Source: Bacillota bacterium (GTDB taxonomy: Bacteria > Bacillota_I > Bacilli_A > ML615J-28 > CAG-698). From it: a stretch of DNA of 64,000 nucleotides. This document shows positions 28,480 to 38,391 of the stretch, piece by piece. Under the pieces are notes generated by a model. It ran no database searches, was not told the origin of the DNA, and saw only the letters and a program-made list of their open reading frames with translations. The stretch is taken from positions 6,420 through 70,419 of the forward strand of contig JAEYQM010000030.1 of NCBI GenBank assembly GCA_023410025.1, written 5' to 3'. Numbering within the stretch: position 1 is the first letter of the stretch; each line of letters opens with the position of its first letter. The translations under genes were made by a program, and so were the position numbers.

Positions 28480-28546
28480 TTAAAAACTTTAAATAAAAGT
28501 ATTATCTATTTAAATAATCAAAATTTTATTTAAAAAAATAGAAAGG

Positions 28547-28597
28547 TGTGATTCGCTAAATTTATTAGCAATCATACCTTTTTTTATATACGTTCTT
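28547..28597 (+). terminator. trpS terminator
   Basis: An imperfect long hairpin, aggtgtgattcgctaa...ttagcaatcatacct, followed by a T7 run. Confidence 0.5.
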
Positions 28598-28651
28598 TAC
28601 ATATAAAGCGCCCATTTAATTTTTATAACAAACTTTTATTGTATAAAATAT

Positions 28652-28870
28652 TTATTTTTCCCACGTTAGACCTATTTTTCTCATAAAATCATCTATTACC
28701 TTTACAACCGTAGGTAACTCAATACCAAAGTATAAGCATATTGTGACAAATAAACTAATGTTAAACATTACTAAAAATATTATTATTTCCTTTTTAGCCT
28801 TTAATTTTAAAAGAGGCAAAAAATCTAACAAAAAAACAGCAACAAATGCTATAAAAATCGCTAAAAACAT
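28652..28870 (-). CDS. small two-TM membrane protein, a germinant receptor D-subunit candidate
   Basis: 72 aa with two predicted TM helices. Its ATG overlaps the gerAB stop as TAATG, which indicates translational coupling. Confidence 0.5.
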   Translation of the reverse strand: MFLAIFIAFVAVFLLDFLPLLKLKAKKEIIIFLVMFNISLFVTICLYFGIELPTVVKVIDDFMRKIGLTWEK

Positions 28871-29985
28871 TATGTTACCTTCTTTCTTTTAAAAAGCATA
28901 AAAACAGAAAAGATTACAGGAAACACTACCTGAGGAAAAAAGAATAGTATTGATACGCTGTTTCTTGAATAAATAATATGATCAACTTGATTTGCAGATA
29001 TGTTAATTGCTATAAAACATGCAAAAATACCCAATATATATACTAAATGTCTTGTTTCTTTTAAATTAAAAACTGTTTTTATTGATAATATAGTTACATA
29101 GAAAAATAGTGAAGCTTTTAAAAATAATAAACCTGTAAAGATAACAGTAAATAAGATATCCATTCTACTAAATATTTCTTCAATATTAATTAGTTGAAAG
29201 GCAACAAGTGATGGCGAAGAAAATAGTGAGAAAGTTTCTCCTAATACAGCAATATCTCTTACTGTAATTAATAAATAAATAAACCCGCCAATTATATAAC
29301 CCAAAAATAAATATTTTCTTGCTTTCTTATTTTCATTTTTAAGATATTGATGAATCATAAGTACTACCACCAACTCACCAAAAGGAACATTTAAAACAAG
29401 AAAAGCTCCTTGGAAATAACTTTTTTTGGAAAGATTAAATACTGGAAGTAGATTTGTAATATCAGCCTCTTTAAGTAAAAAAAACATTATTGTTCCAGCA
29501 ATGACAACTGATGAAATTACAAATATCTTACTATATCTTGTTGTTGTTGAAATACCATTCTTAACTCCCATACAACAAGGCACGATTGCCACTAACAAAA
29601 TTACAGGAAGCGGAGTTTCATTAATCATGGTTGATTGTGTAAAGTAGCCTAAATCTCTAACATTAAATGATGTTAACAATATAAAAAACAAAATATATAT
29701 AAATCCAATAACTTTTCCAATAATTTTACCAAATAAATCCTCACATATCTGAAGATAATTTTTATCTGGATATTTTTTCATATAACAATTATATATAAAT
29801 AATATAGGGATAAAACCAATTATTGCGATAATTATGCCAATCCACGCCTCATTATATAAAACTCCAGATATAACAGCATTTAGAATCGTAGAGGATTGAA
29901 TAATACAAATAATTGTAAATAGAAATTGTGTCGATGTAATTGTATGTTTACTGTTCACCCGATCCACCCCAATCAACAATTTCAT
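28870..29985 (-). CDS. spore germinant receptor B subunit (GerAB/GerKB family, APC-type permease)
   Basis: 371 aa with about 10 TM helices and a Spore_permease-like profile. The tracked start overlaps gerAC by 38 nt, so the true start may be internal. Confidence 0.8.
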   Translation of the reverse strand: MKLLIGVDRVNSKHTITSTQFLFTIICIIQSSTILNAVISGVLYNEAWIGIIIAIIGFIPILFIYNCYMKKYPDKNYLQICEDLFGKIIGKVIGFIYILFFILLTSFNVRDLGYFTQSTMINETPLPVILLVAIVPCCMGVKNGISTTTRYSKIFVISSVVIAGTIMFFLLKEADITNLLPVFNLSKKSYFQGAFLVLNVPFGELVVVLMIHQYLKNENKKARKYLFLGYIIGGFIYLLITVRDIAVLGETFSLFSSPSLVAFQLINIEEIFSRMDILFTVIFTGLLFLKASLFFYVTILSIKTVFNLKETRHLVYILGIFACFIAINISANQVDHIIYSRNSVSILFFFPQVVFPVIFSVFMLFKRKKVT

Positions 29986-31120
29986 ATATTTGTCCTACGT
30001 TACTGATTTTTACATTTACTTCAACTTCTAGGTTTAAATTTTTAAATACTTCATCCCAATTATCTTCAATTAGTTTATATTTTTTTGGATGATATTTATA
30101 TACCATTGAGTTAATATTAAAAAAATCACTATTCATATTCTTAGCTTCATCCATTGTTTTATATATTCGTTTTTTTATTTCTTCTTTAGCCATTTCTTTT
30201 AAGGTTTTTTCAACAAACTCTAGAGTTATTTCTTTAAAACCCACCAGTTCTAGAATAACTAGTTCCAATTCAATCTTTACATTTAAACTTACCTTATCAT
30301 TTTCTATTTTTACCTTTTTACTTGATCTAGAATTTCTTATAAAGTATGTTACTTTTTGATTTTCATTTTTTGACACAAAACTAGCCCTAGAAACTTTATC
30401 AGCCAAAATAATATATCCTAGAAAATCATCAAAAGGCAATTCATTAATAAGTTTTCCACTCTTAATAACAGCAAGTCCTGTGAATTTAAACTCATTTTGG
30501 TCTCTTACTTTTTCAAATTTTCCAATTGGTACAAGTATGGCCCTGTTATGATTACTTCCCGCATTTACCATGTCAATAAGATTTACCATATAATGTTTTG
30601 ATGAATTTCTAAGTTCTCCAATTGTTTCATAGATAAATTCACTTGGTGATTTATTCCCCTTTAATTCCGCAGTTAATATATCTTTTGCTTTACCGTTTGA
30701 AAACAAAAAAATGTTATCCACACGAAAATCATTATCCCTAATTGATGAATTAACATAATCAGCAATCCCCTCCATACCAATCTCTTCACTAAAGATTATA
30801 ACTTTATTATGTTGTAGAAATAACTGTCTATTTTTATTTAGATTAATTATACTAATTCCTTCAGCAACATTTGTACATGTTGTTGAAAAAATTAATGATT
30901 CTGTATTTTTATCACTATTACCTTGACCGGTTTCATTGCTGGCACTTGTATTGATTACGTAGACTGTTAGTTCTATCTTGTTTTCTTCATTTTCTGCTTT
31001 ATCTATTGCCATACCAATAACAATAAATATTTTTGTTAATTCATGTTTATCCCAACACCCAGTTAATATAAATAGATTAAACAATAAAACAAAAGCAAGT
31101 AATATTTTTCTATAATTCAT
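29948..31120 (-). CDS. spore germinant receptor C subunit (GerAC family lipoprotein)
   Basis: A signal peptide with the lipobox FILTGCWD. The start is set at the ATG at 31120 (MNYRKILLAF...). Confidence 0.8.
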   Translation of the reverse strand: MNYRKILLAFVLLFNLFILTGCWDKHELTKIFIVIGMAIDKAENEENKIELTVYVINTSASNETGQGNSDKNTESLIFSTTCTNVAEGISIINLNKNRQLFLQHNKVIIFSEEIGMEGIADYVNSSIRDNDFRVDNIFLFSNGKAKDILTAELKGNKSPSEFIYETIGELRNSSKHYMVNLIDMVNAGSNHNRAILVPIGKFEKVRDQNEFKFTGLAVIKSGKLINELPFDDFLGYIILADKVSRASFVSKNENQKVTYFIRNSRSSKKVKIENDKVSLNVKIELELVILELVGFKEITLEFVEKTLKEMAKEEIKKRIYKTMDEAKNMNSDFFNINSMVYKYHPKKYKLIEDNWDEVFKNLNLEVEVNVKISNVGQIYEIVDWGGSGEQ

Positions 31121-32699
31121 TAACTTGATCCTCCTGATTTTTATCTTCATCTGTAAATGGCCTAAAGGCAATTTTACGAGTCTTTTGTCTTATATTGTCA
31201 TTGACAGCAATATTTGCAGGTCTTTTTCTAAATAACCAAACAGGGTCTCTAATTATTGCATCCTTTTGTAAAGATGGGTTTGTAAAACCTGAAAAGAAAG
31301 TCACTCCAAATGAAGTAAGTGTAGCTAAGTGAACAATTATTATTAATGACCCAATTGCAAATCCATATAAACCCAATATAGATGATGTGATAATTAGAAA
31401 CCATCTTAATATAAAGGTTGACTCGTTTTTGTGTGGTATTAAGAAACCTGATACAGCAGTCATTGCAATAGCAATAACGGTTGGAGCCCCTACAATACCT
31501 GCTGAAACAGCCGCTTCTCCCATGATCAGAGCCCCTACAATACTTACAGATTGGCCAACTGGTTTAGGCATTCTTACCCCAGCTTCTTTAATAATTTCAA
31601 AAGCAAATAACATTCCAATAACCTCCAAAAACATTGGAAATGGGGTGTTTTCACTTGCTTTAGTTATTGTAATAAGCAGTTTAGTTGGTATTAGTTCTTT
31701 ATGAAAAGAAGTAAGGGCAATAAATAAAGCAGGCGTTGATACGGTTAAGAAATAACCTATATACCTTATAAATCGTAAACAACTAGCGTATATTGGTCTA
31801 GTATAATAATCTTCAGAAGATTGGAACCCCTCAACGAATAACATAGGTACTGTTATTACTATTGGTGTACAATCAACAACAATTGCTACTCTTCCTTCTA
31901 AAATATTAGCGCATACAACGTCAGGCTTTTCAGTATAGGCTATTGTAGAAAATGGAGAAAATGGAGCATCTTCAATATATTGTTCTATATAACTGGATTC
32001 AAAAATAGCATCAGTCTCAATTTTTTCTAATCTACTTTTTACTCTTTTTAAAACATCTTTATTAACAACATCCTCTATGTAAACAATCATAATTGAAGTT
32101 CTTGTTCTTGTACCAATTACCATAGCTTCCACTCTTAAACTATCAGTTTTTATTCTTCTTCTAATTAATGAAGTGTTGGTTATAATATTTTCAGTAAAGC
32201 CTTCTCTAGGACCTCTTACAACAGTATCGGTTTGAGGTTCACTAATTGATCTTTTTTCCCAACCCTTTGTATCCATACATAAGATTTTTTCATTATCATT
32301 TATAATCAAAATAGTATTTCCTGATAAAACTTCGGAAATTGAATCTTCAATTGTATTTGCTATTTTTGTTTTAATTACATATGAAAGCTTTGTATCAATA
32401 AAATTAATAATATCATCACCAATAGTTTTATCTAAACCTATGATTGGTTTCATAATGCTTTGTGCTATAAACATATTGTTTACCAATCCATCTATATAAA
32501 CAATGCATGCTTTTAAATTTTCATCTTCAGATATTTGAAAATGACGAAATACTATATCAGGAGATTCTCCCATTATATCTTTTATTAAATCTATGTTTTC
32601 TTTTAATGTTTTTTTATTTTGGGTCTTTTGCTTTTCTTCACCAGTTTTTTTACTTATGTTTTTAAGGTAACTTATTTTTTTGCTTATATTTCTAAACAT
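31110..32699 (-). CDS. spore germinant receptor A subunit (GerAA family)
   Basis: A large N-terminal soluble domain is followed by 5-6 C-terminal TM helices, which is the GerA pattern. The start is set at the ATG at 32699, which has a GGAGTG RBS. Confidence 0.85.
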   Translation of the reverse strand: MFRNISKKISYLKNISKKTGEEKQKTQNKKTLKENIDLIKDIMGESPDIVFRHFQISEDENLKACIVYIDGLVNNMFIAQSIMKPIIGLDKTIGDDIINFIDTKLSYVIKTKIANTIEDSISEVLSGNTILIINDNEKILCMDTKGWEKRSISEPQTDTVVRGPREGFTENIITNTSLIRRRIKTDSLRVEAMVIGTRTRTSIMIVYIEDVVNKDVLKRVKSRLEKIETDAIFESSYIEQYIEDAPFSPFSTIAYTEKPDVVCANILEGRVAIVVDCTPIVITVPMLFVEGFQSSEDYYTRPIYASCLRFIRYIGYFLTVSTPALFIALTSFHKELIPTKLLITITKASENTPFPMFLEVIGMLFAFEIIKEAGVRMPKPVGQSVSIVGALIMGEAAVSAGIVGAPTVIAIAMTAVSGFLIPHKNESTFILRWFLIITSSILGLYGFAIGSLIIIVHLATLTSFGVTFFSGFTNPSLQKDAIIRDPVWLFRKRPANIAVNDNIRQKTRKIAFRPFTDEDKNQEDQVNEL

Positions 32700-32744
32700 A
32701 GCATCACTCCATTTTTTTATATTATTTACCAAAAAAAGAAATGT

Positions 32745-32772
32745 ATTAAAAAAAGAGCAGTTGCAAAACTGC
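32745..32772 (-). terminator. tyrS terminator
   Basis: On the minus strand, agagcagtt-ttgc-aactgctct is followed by TTTTTTT. Confidence 0.65.
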
Positions 32773-32773
32773 T

Positions 32774-34027
32774 CTAGTGTTTAATTAAATAATAATTTTT
32801 CTTTCCTCTTCTGATAACTGTGAATAATCCACCAATTGAATTTTGTTTGTTTACAATAAATTCTAAATCATTTACTAATTCACCATTAATTGAAACAGCA
32901 TTATTTTTAATAAATTCTCTTGCTTCACGTTTTGAAGATGCTGCTTTTACTTCAACTAATACATCTACTAAATTTTTATCCTCAGTAAGTTCGATTGAAT
33001 TTACATCTTTAAAACATACTTTAATATCTTCGACATTTAATTCTTTAATGTTTCCACTAAATAAAGCTTCTGTTAGTTTTTTAGCATTATTTAAGGCTTC
33101 TTTACCATGAACCATTGTTACAACTTCTTCGGCTAAAACTTTTTGAGCCTCACGTAAATGTGGTTCATTAATTACTTTTTCTTCTAATGCTTTTATTTCA
33201 TCAAATGTTAAGAAAGTATAGTATTTTAATAATTTAACAACATCACTATCAGCTGTGTTAATAAAGAATTGGTACATTTCATATGGAGATGTTTTCTTTT
33301 CATCTAACCATACAGCTCCACTTTCAGTTTTACCATATTTTGTTCCATCACTTTTTGTAATTAATGGAATAGTTAGACCAAATACTTTAGCATCACTTCC
33401 CTCTGATTTACGAATTAATTCCATACCAGCTGTAATATTTCCCCATTGATCTTGGCCACCAATTTGTAATTCACATTTTAAATCTTTATCTTGGTAAAGT
33501 TTCAAGAAGTCAATTGATTGCATTATCATATATGAGAATTCTAAGTATGTTAATCCTGAATCAATTCTTGATTTAACAGATTCTTTGGCAAGCATGTAAT
33601 TTAAATTAAAATGTTTTCCATAATCTCTCCACATTTCAATTGCACTTAGTTTACTTAACCAATCATAATTATCTAAAGCAAACGCTGTTTTATTATCAAA
33701 TGGAATAAATTTTGCAAATTGTTCTTTAAATAATCTGCTCCATTCTTTAACAATATCCACACTATTCATTGATCTTTGTGTAGTTTTCCCACTTGGATCA
33801 CCAATTAAACCAGTTCCTCCACCAGTTAACGCAATTACTCTATGTCCTGCTTTATGAAATCTAAGTAGGGTAACAATTGGCAATAATGAACCAATATGCA
33901 TACTATCAGCAGTTGGATCAAATCCACAGTATAAAGTAATCGGTGTTTTTAATCTTTCTCTTAATTCTTCTTCGTTAATAATATCGTAAATTAATCCACG
34001 CCATCTTAACTCATTTAATAAATCCAT
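32774..34027 (-). CDS. tyrS: tyrosine--tRNA ligase
   Basis: The class I HIGH-type motif and a C-terminal S4 domain. The start is set at the ATG at 34027 (MDLLNELRWRG), which has a GGAGG RBS. Confidence 0.95.
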   Translation of the reverse strand: MDLLNELRWRGLIYDIINEEELRERLKTPITLYCGFDPTADSMHIGSLLPIVTLLRFHKAGHRVIALTGGGTGLIGDPSGKTTQRSMNSVDIVKEWSRLFKEQFAKFIPFDNKTAFALDNYDWLSKLSAIEMWRDYGKHFNLNYMLAKESVKSRIDSGLTYLEFSYMIMQSIDFLKLYQDKDLKCELQIGGQDQWGNITAGMELIRKSEGSDAKVFGLTIPLITKSDGTKYGKTESGAVWLDEKKTSPYEMYQFFINTADSDVVKLLKYYTFLTFDEIKALEEKVINEPHLREAQKVLAEEVVTMVHGKEALNNAKKLTEALFSGNIKELNVEDIKVCFKDVNSIELTEDKNLVDVLVEVKAASSKREAREFIKNNAVSINGELVNDLEFIVNKQNSIGGLFTVIRRGKKNYYLIKH

Positions 34028-34244
34028 TTTATTTCCTCCTTTAAGTATAAAAAAAGTCCTTATAAACATAAGGACTGTAATTACAGCGGTACCACCTTAA
34101 TTCATCTTACGATGCACTCATAAAAAGTAAAACTCATAAGATGTAATTCTAATTATATTACCTAATAGTTTTCACCGTCCACTATCTCTCTAAAATAATA
34201 AATATAATTATACTGCTTTCTTAATCAACGTTTTTATTTAATTG
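34028..34244 (-). ncRNA. T-box riboswitch leader of tyrS
   Basis: On the minus strand the order is a Stem-III-like hairpin (CATC-GTAA-GATG), then the T-box AAGGTGGTACCGCTG (34085-34098 plus), then the terminator AGTCCTTAT-GTTT-ATAAGGACT with a T7 run (34055-34076), then GGAGG and the ATG. Confidence 0.65.
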
Positions 34245-35231
34245 TTATTTAGTTGACTCTCTCCAGATAACTCTGTATTCAACAAACACATTCTCTGGTT
34301 TAAACTCATCTGGGCTCTTCATAAGGTTTGTTAATTTTTCCATTGCTACGTTACCAATTTCATAAATTGGAGTTTCCACACATGTTAATTTAGGTAAAGA
34401 TAATTCAGCATATCTGGTATTTTGGAAACCTATAACTTGCATATCTTCAGGAACCTTAATTCCCATTTTACTTGCAACATTCATTAATGAGATTGCCATA
34501 GAGTCGCGTACTGATAAAACAACCTCAGGAACAACTTTTTCTAAGAAATCTTTAAATTGCTTTTCATTAATCGATAAGTCTCCACTAGAACGTAAAACTT
34601 TAGGTTCTAAATTAGCTTCTTTCATTGCTCTATTATAGCCTTCTTCTTTAAATTCATTTACAGAATATTTATGTTCTGTAGTCATAAAGTAGACATTCTT
34701 ATTGCCTCTACTTATCATTTCCTTAGTAATGCGATATGAACATTCTTCATTATCTATAGATACGCTACCGAAGTTCTTGCTCTTTGATAAAGCATTTACG
34801 AAAACAACAGGAACTGGAGTATGATCTATTAAGTGATAAATATCTGCTGTCATTTCATCATTCATGAATAAGATACCATCTACACTTGATGCTATAATCT
34901 CTGACCATGATTCTAATTTATTTTCATCATCTTTTAATACAAAAAGACGAATTGAGTAACCATATTTTTTAGCACTATCGACAATACCTTGGATCATTTC
35001 TGAAATAGAAGCCCTCAATATAGTTGGAACAACCACTGCTACAGTTGTAGATTTTCTACTTGCAAGTCCCCTAGCATTTGCATTAGGTTTATATCCTTTT
35101 TCTTTAATAATTCTTAATACTTTATCTCTTGTTGCTTTTTTAACTTTTTCAGGATGATTTAATACCCTTGACACTGTTGCTAAACTTACTCCTGCAGCTC
35201 CTGCTATATCGTATATTTTGGCTTGATTCAT
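34245..35231 (-). CDS. ccpA: LacI-family regulator, CcpA-like
   Basis: The N-terminal HTH IYDIAGAAGVSLATVSRVLN is nearly identical to the CcpA HTH. The C-terminus (KLTNLMKSPDEFKPENVFVEYRVIWRESTK) resembles the CcpA tail. Confidence 0.6.
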   Translation of the reverse strand: MNQAKIYDIAGAAGVSLATVSRVLNHPEKVKKATRDKVLRIIKEKGYKPNANARGLASRKSTTVAVVVPTILRASISEMIQGIVDSAKKYGYSIRLFVLKDDENKLESWSEIIASSVDGILFMNDEMTADIYHLIDHTPVPVVFVNALSKSKNFGSVSIDNEECSYRITKEMISRGNKNVYFMTTEHKYSVNEFKEEGYNRAMKEANLEPKVLRSSGDLSINEKQFKDFLEKVVPEVVLSVRDSMAISLMNVASKMGIKVPEDMQVIGFQNTRYAELSLPKLTCVETPIYEIGNVAMEKLTNLMKSPDEFKPENVFVEYRVIWRESTK

Positions 35232-35283
35232 CTAATCACCTCTTCTTTTTATATTCTTATTTTACCACACAATGAAAATTATC

Positions 35284-36576
35284 TCAAGTGTTTTCACTTA
35301 TAATTTTCAAAAAATCTTTCCTTATATTACCAGCACCCATATATACTACAACTATATCCTTAGATTCATTTAGAATCTTTTTTATTTTTCTATAACTATA
35401 TTTTTCAAATCCACTAAATATACTTTTTACTTTTTTCTCTAAAATAAAACTTTTTTTCTCTCGTTTTGAAGTAAATGTTTTACAAATATATTTGTTATTA
35501 ATATCACTAAAACATTCTACAAACTCATCTTTAAGATTAATTGTTCTTGTATAGGTGTGTGGTTGGAATACTACATATATTTGTTTATTATAAAACCTGT
35601 ATTTTATTGTCTCTAAACATTTTTTAATTTCTGTTGGATGATGAGAATAATCATCTACAATGATATTACTATTATATTTATATATTTGCATTCTTCTATT
35701 TGGAAGTTTATAATCACTAACTACTTTTTCTAAGTTATTTATATTTTTTCCCAACAATGAATAAACTAATACCGATGCCATAAAATTAGACAGCATATAA
35801 CCTTCAGTAAAAGGAACATTTATAAAGTGTTTTTTAGAAAATACAGTCAAAACAATTAGTGAACGTTCTTTATATTTTCGTATTACTTCACAATATACAT
35901 CACTTTTTTTATTAAATCCAAATGTATATTTCTTTTCATGTTTTATCTTACTTGCATATGGACAATCATTATTTACTATTACTACTTTGCTTTTATCTGC
36001 TGCTTTTTGAAAAGAATTAAAAGTATCATCAATATTAACAAAAAAATCCGGATGATCAAAATCAATATTATTAATTACTAAATAATCAAAATTAAATTTT
36101 AAAAAATTATTTTTATATTCACAGGCTTCAAATATTAAATATTTATAATCACTTTCACCAAACCCAGTCCCATCCCCAACAATACTACATATTTTTTCAT
36201 CTTTTAGTAATGTTGATAATAATTTAGTTGTTGTTGTTTTTCCATGAGTTCCACTTATCCCTACTTTAAAACAATTAAAAAACTCTTCTATAAATTCTTG
36301 ATAATAATAATGTTTATAATTTCGTTTTTTTATTTCTTTTACTTCGATATGATTTTCATCATATGCTTTACTTATAATATATATTTTATCTTTAGTAATA
36401 TTTTTTTTATTAAACTTTTCTATTTTAACATTTAAATTTTTTAAGATATCATCTGTAAAGAAAACTTCACTTACGTCACTACCCGTAACTTCATGACCAA
36501 GTGAAGAAAGAACACCCGCAAGGGCTGCCATACCCGTACCCTTTATTCCAATTAAATGATATTTGCCCATTTTCAT
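35284..36576 (-). CDS. murC: Mur ligase family protein, MurC-like UDP-N-acetylmuramate--L-alanine ligase
   Basis: The dinucleotide-binding N-terminus (IGIKGTGMAALAGVL) and the P-loop GISGTHGKTTTT. The composition is extremely Lys/Asn/Ile/Phe-rich. Confidence 0.75.
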   Translation of the reverse strand: MKMGKYHLIGIKGTGMAALAGVLSSLGHEVTGSDVSEVFFTDDILKNLNVKIEKFNKKNITKDKIYIISKAYDENHIEVKEIKKRNYKHYYYQEFIEEFFNCFKVGISGTHGKTTTTKLLSTLLKDEKICSIVGDGTGFGESDYKYLIFEACEYKNNFLKFNFDYLVINNIDFDHPDFFVNIDDTFNSFQKAADKSKVVIVNNDCPYASKIKHEKKYTFGFNKKSDVYCEVIRKYKERSLIVLTVFSKKHFINVPFTEGYMLSNFMASVLVYSLLGKNINNLEKVVSDYKLPNRRMQIYKYNSNIIVDDYSHHPTEIKKCLETIKYRFYNKQIYVVFQPHTYTRTINLKDEFVECFSDINNKYICKTFTSKREKKSFILEKKVKSIFSGFEKYSYRKIKKILNESKDIVVVYMGAGNIRKDFLKIISENT

Positions 36577-36640
36577 CCCCTAGTTAATATATGTAATGGG
36601 CGTTAAAAAGGAAACAAAAAAAAGCAGTTTCCTGCTTTCC

Positions 36641-36991
36641 TTATTGACGTTCTTTGATACGAGCTGCTTTAGCTGATAAAGTACGAATGTAATTTAATTT
36701 AGCACGTCTTACTTTACCTTTACGTAATACTACAATTGAACCAATGTTTGGAGTATGGATTGGGAAAGTTCTTTCCACACCAATTCCGTATGAGATTTTA
36801 CGTACTGTGAAAGTTTCACTAACTCCACTTCCGCGTCTTTTAATTACTAATCCTTCGAATGCTTGTAGACGTTCGCGGTTACCTTCTTCTTTAATCTTAA
36901 CTAATACTTTTACAGTATCACCAGGACGAAATTCAGGCACATCTTTTTTAATGTATTCATTAGTAATTGCTGCGATTAATTGTTGACTCAT
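36641..36991 (-). CDS. rplS: 50S ribosomal protein L19
   Basis: 116 aa matching L19 along its full length. Confidence 0.95.
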   Translation of the reverse strand: MSQQLIAAITNEYIKKDVPEFRPGDTVKVLVKIKEEGNRERLQAFEGLVIKRRGSGVSETFTVRKISYGIGVERTFPIHTPNIGSIVVLRKGKVRRAKLNYIRTLSAKAARIKERQ

Positions 36992-37133
36992 TTAATTCAC
37001 GCTCCTTTTTCTTCCAATGTTCATATCTATCATGATAATAGTAGCGGAACATCGTGTCTAATCTTTCGATCTATAAGATTATACTATATAAACCAATAAA
37101 AGTCAACTTCTGTTTTATTTATATAAACTAAGT
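36992..37133 (-). promoter_or_regulatory. rplS promoter and 5' leader, a possible L19-leader autoregulatory RNA
   Basis: On the minus strand, TTGACT, a 17-nt spacer, then TATAAT, followed by a structured leader of about 90 nt (a tatcatgata palindrome) before GGAGCG and the ATG. Firmicutes commonly carry an L19 leader at this position. Confidence 0.4.
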
Positions 37134-37862
37134 TTATTTATTAATTTCTTCCTTAATAAGCTTAAGCATCTTTATATCTTCTTTAGATAATTTTGCTTCA
37201 TCAATAAGATCTGGTCTTTTAATATATGTCTTCTTTAAGGAAGTATATCTTTTGTATTCAGCAATCCTTTGATGATTTCCTGATAGTAAAACTTCTGGAA
37301 CTTCATAGCCATCATATATAGCAGGTTTTGTATATTGAGGATATTCTAGTAATCCATCACTATAACTTTCTTCCATTATCGATGAATCATTAATTCCGCC
37401 AGGAACCAGTCTACTTACACTATCAATAATAGCTAAGGCAGCAATTTCCCCACCTGTTAAGACATATTCACCAATCGATATTTCTTCATCAACATAATTT
37501 AATAAACGCTCATCAAATCCTTCATAATGACCACAAATAACAATTAAATGATCCTTCTTGGAAAATTCTTGTGCTTTATGTTGATTATAGATATTTCCAG
37601 CTGGAGTAGTGATGATTTTGTGGGCTTTATTATACCCATCTATACTTTTTAAACAATCAACAATTGGTTGAAGAGTTAGTAACATTCCTGCTCCTCCACC
37701 ATATACCGTATCATCTACTTTTTTATGTTTATTTAAACTAAAAGTTCTAAAATCATGAACTCTAATAGTTACTAATTCTTTATCAATTATTCTTTTTATT
37801 ATTGAAGCATTTATTACCCCTTGAATCATTTCCGGAAATAATGTCAACACATCAATTATCAT
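37134..37862 (-). CDS. trmD: tRNA (guanine37-N1)-methyltransferase
   Basis: 242 aa with the TrmD SPOUT-knot motifs. Confidence 0.95.
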   Translation of the reverse strand: MIIDVLTLFPEMIQGVINASIIKRIIDKELVTIRVHDFRTFSLNKHKKVDDTVYGGGAGMLLTLQPIVDCLKSIDGYNKAHKIITTPAGNIYNQHKAQEFSKKDHLIVICGHYEGFDERLLNYVDEEISIGEYVLTGGEIAALAIIDSVSRLVPGGINDSSIMEESYSDGLLEYPQYTKPAIYDGYEVPEVLLSGNHQRIAEYKRYTSLKKTYIKRPDLIDEAKLSKEDIKMLKLIKEEINK

Positions 37863-38341
37863 AATAATCCCTCAATCGTCTCTACTATAATTCTATCATC
37901 TTTAATTTCTTTAATAAATTCATCAACAAAAGGAATTAAAATTTTTTTCTTATCGTTTCTAGCTTCTAAAATATATCCTTGAGGAACAACTATCATATCC
38001 GTTACTTCTCCTAAATATTCATCATTTGTTGAGTAAAGTTTTAGGCCAACAATATCTTCAATAAAATATTCACCATCTTCTAAATCTGTTTCTAAATGTT
38101 TTGTATAAATATTACATTCAACATATTCTAAAACATCATTAATGTTAGTTTTGTTATTAAATGTAATTAAATCCATATCTTTATGAACACGATGAGAGTT
38201 AATTACTATCTCAATGTCTTTATTATCTTTTTTAATATATAGAGTATTACCTTTTTTGAAGCGATTAAAATCACTTTCTGATTTAACCTTTACTTCACCT
38301 TTAATACCATGAGTACCTACAATTTTACCAACTAAATACAT
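37859..38341 (-). CDS. rimM: ribosome maturation factor RimM
   Basis: GKIVGTHGIKGEVKV matches the RimM N-terminus. The start is set at the ATG at 38341, which has a GGAGAT RBS. Confidence 0.9.
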   Translation of the reverse strand: MYLVGKIVGTHGIKGEVKVKSESDFNRFKKGNTLYIKKDNKDIEIVINSHRVHKDMDLITFNNKTNINDVLEYVECNIYTKHLETDLEDGEYFIEDIVGLKLYSTNDEYLGEVTDMIVVPQGYILEARNDKKKILIPFVDEFIKEIKDDRIIVETIEGLL

Positions 38342-38391
38342 AAATATCTCCAATCTATTTTTTACTTTCAAAAATAACAAGCAATAGCTTG

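Noticed and set aside
32700-32745. A sigma-G promoter upstream of gerAA, and sigma-G boxes upstream of sspI and the SASP gene
   Set aside because: These genes are expected to be forespore-expressed, but I could not find a convincing GnATR-18-CATnnTA match by eye in these very AT-rich leaders. I leave this unreported rather than forcing a call.
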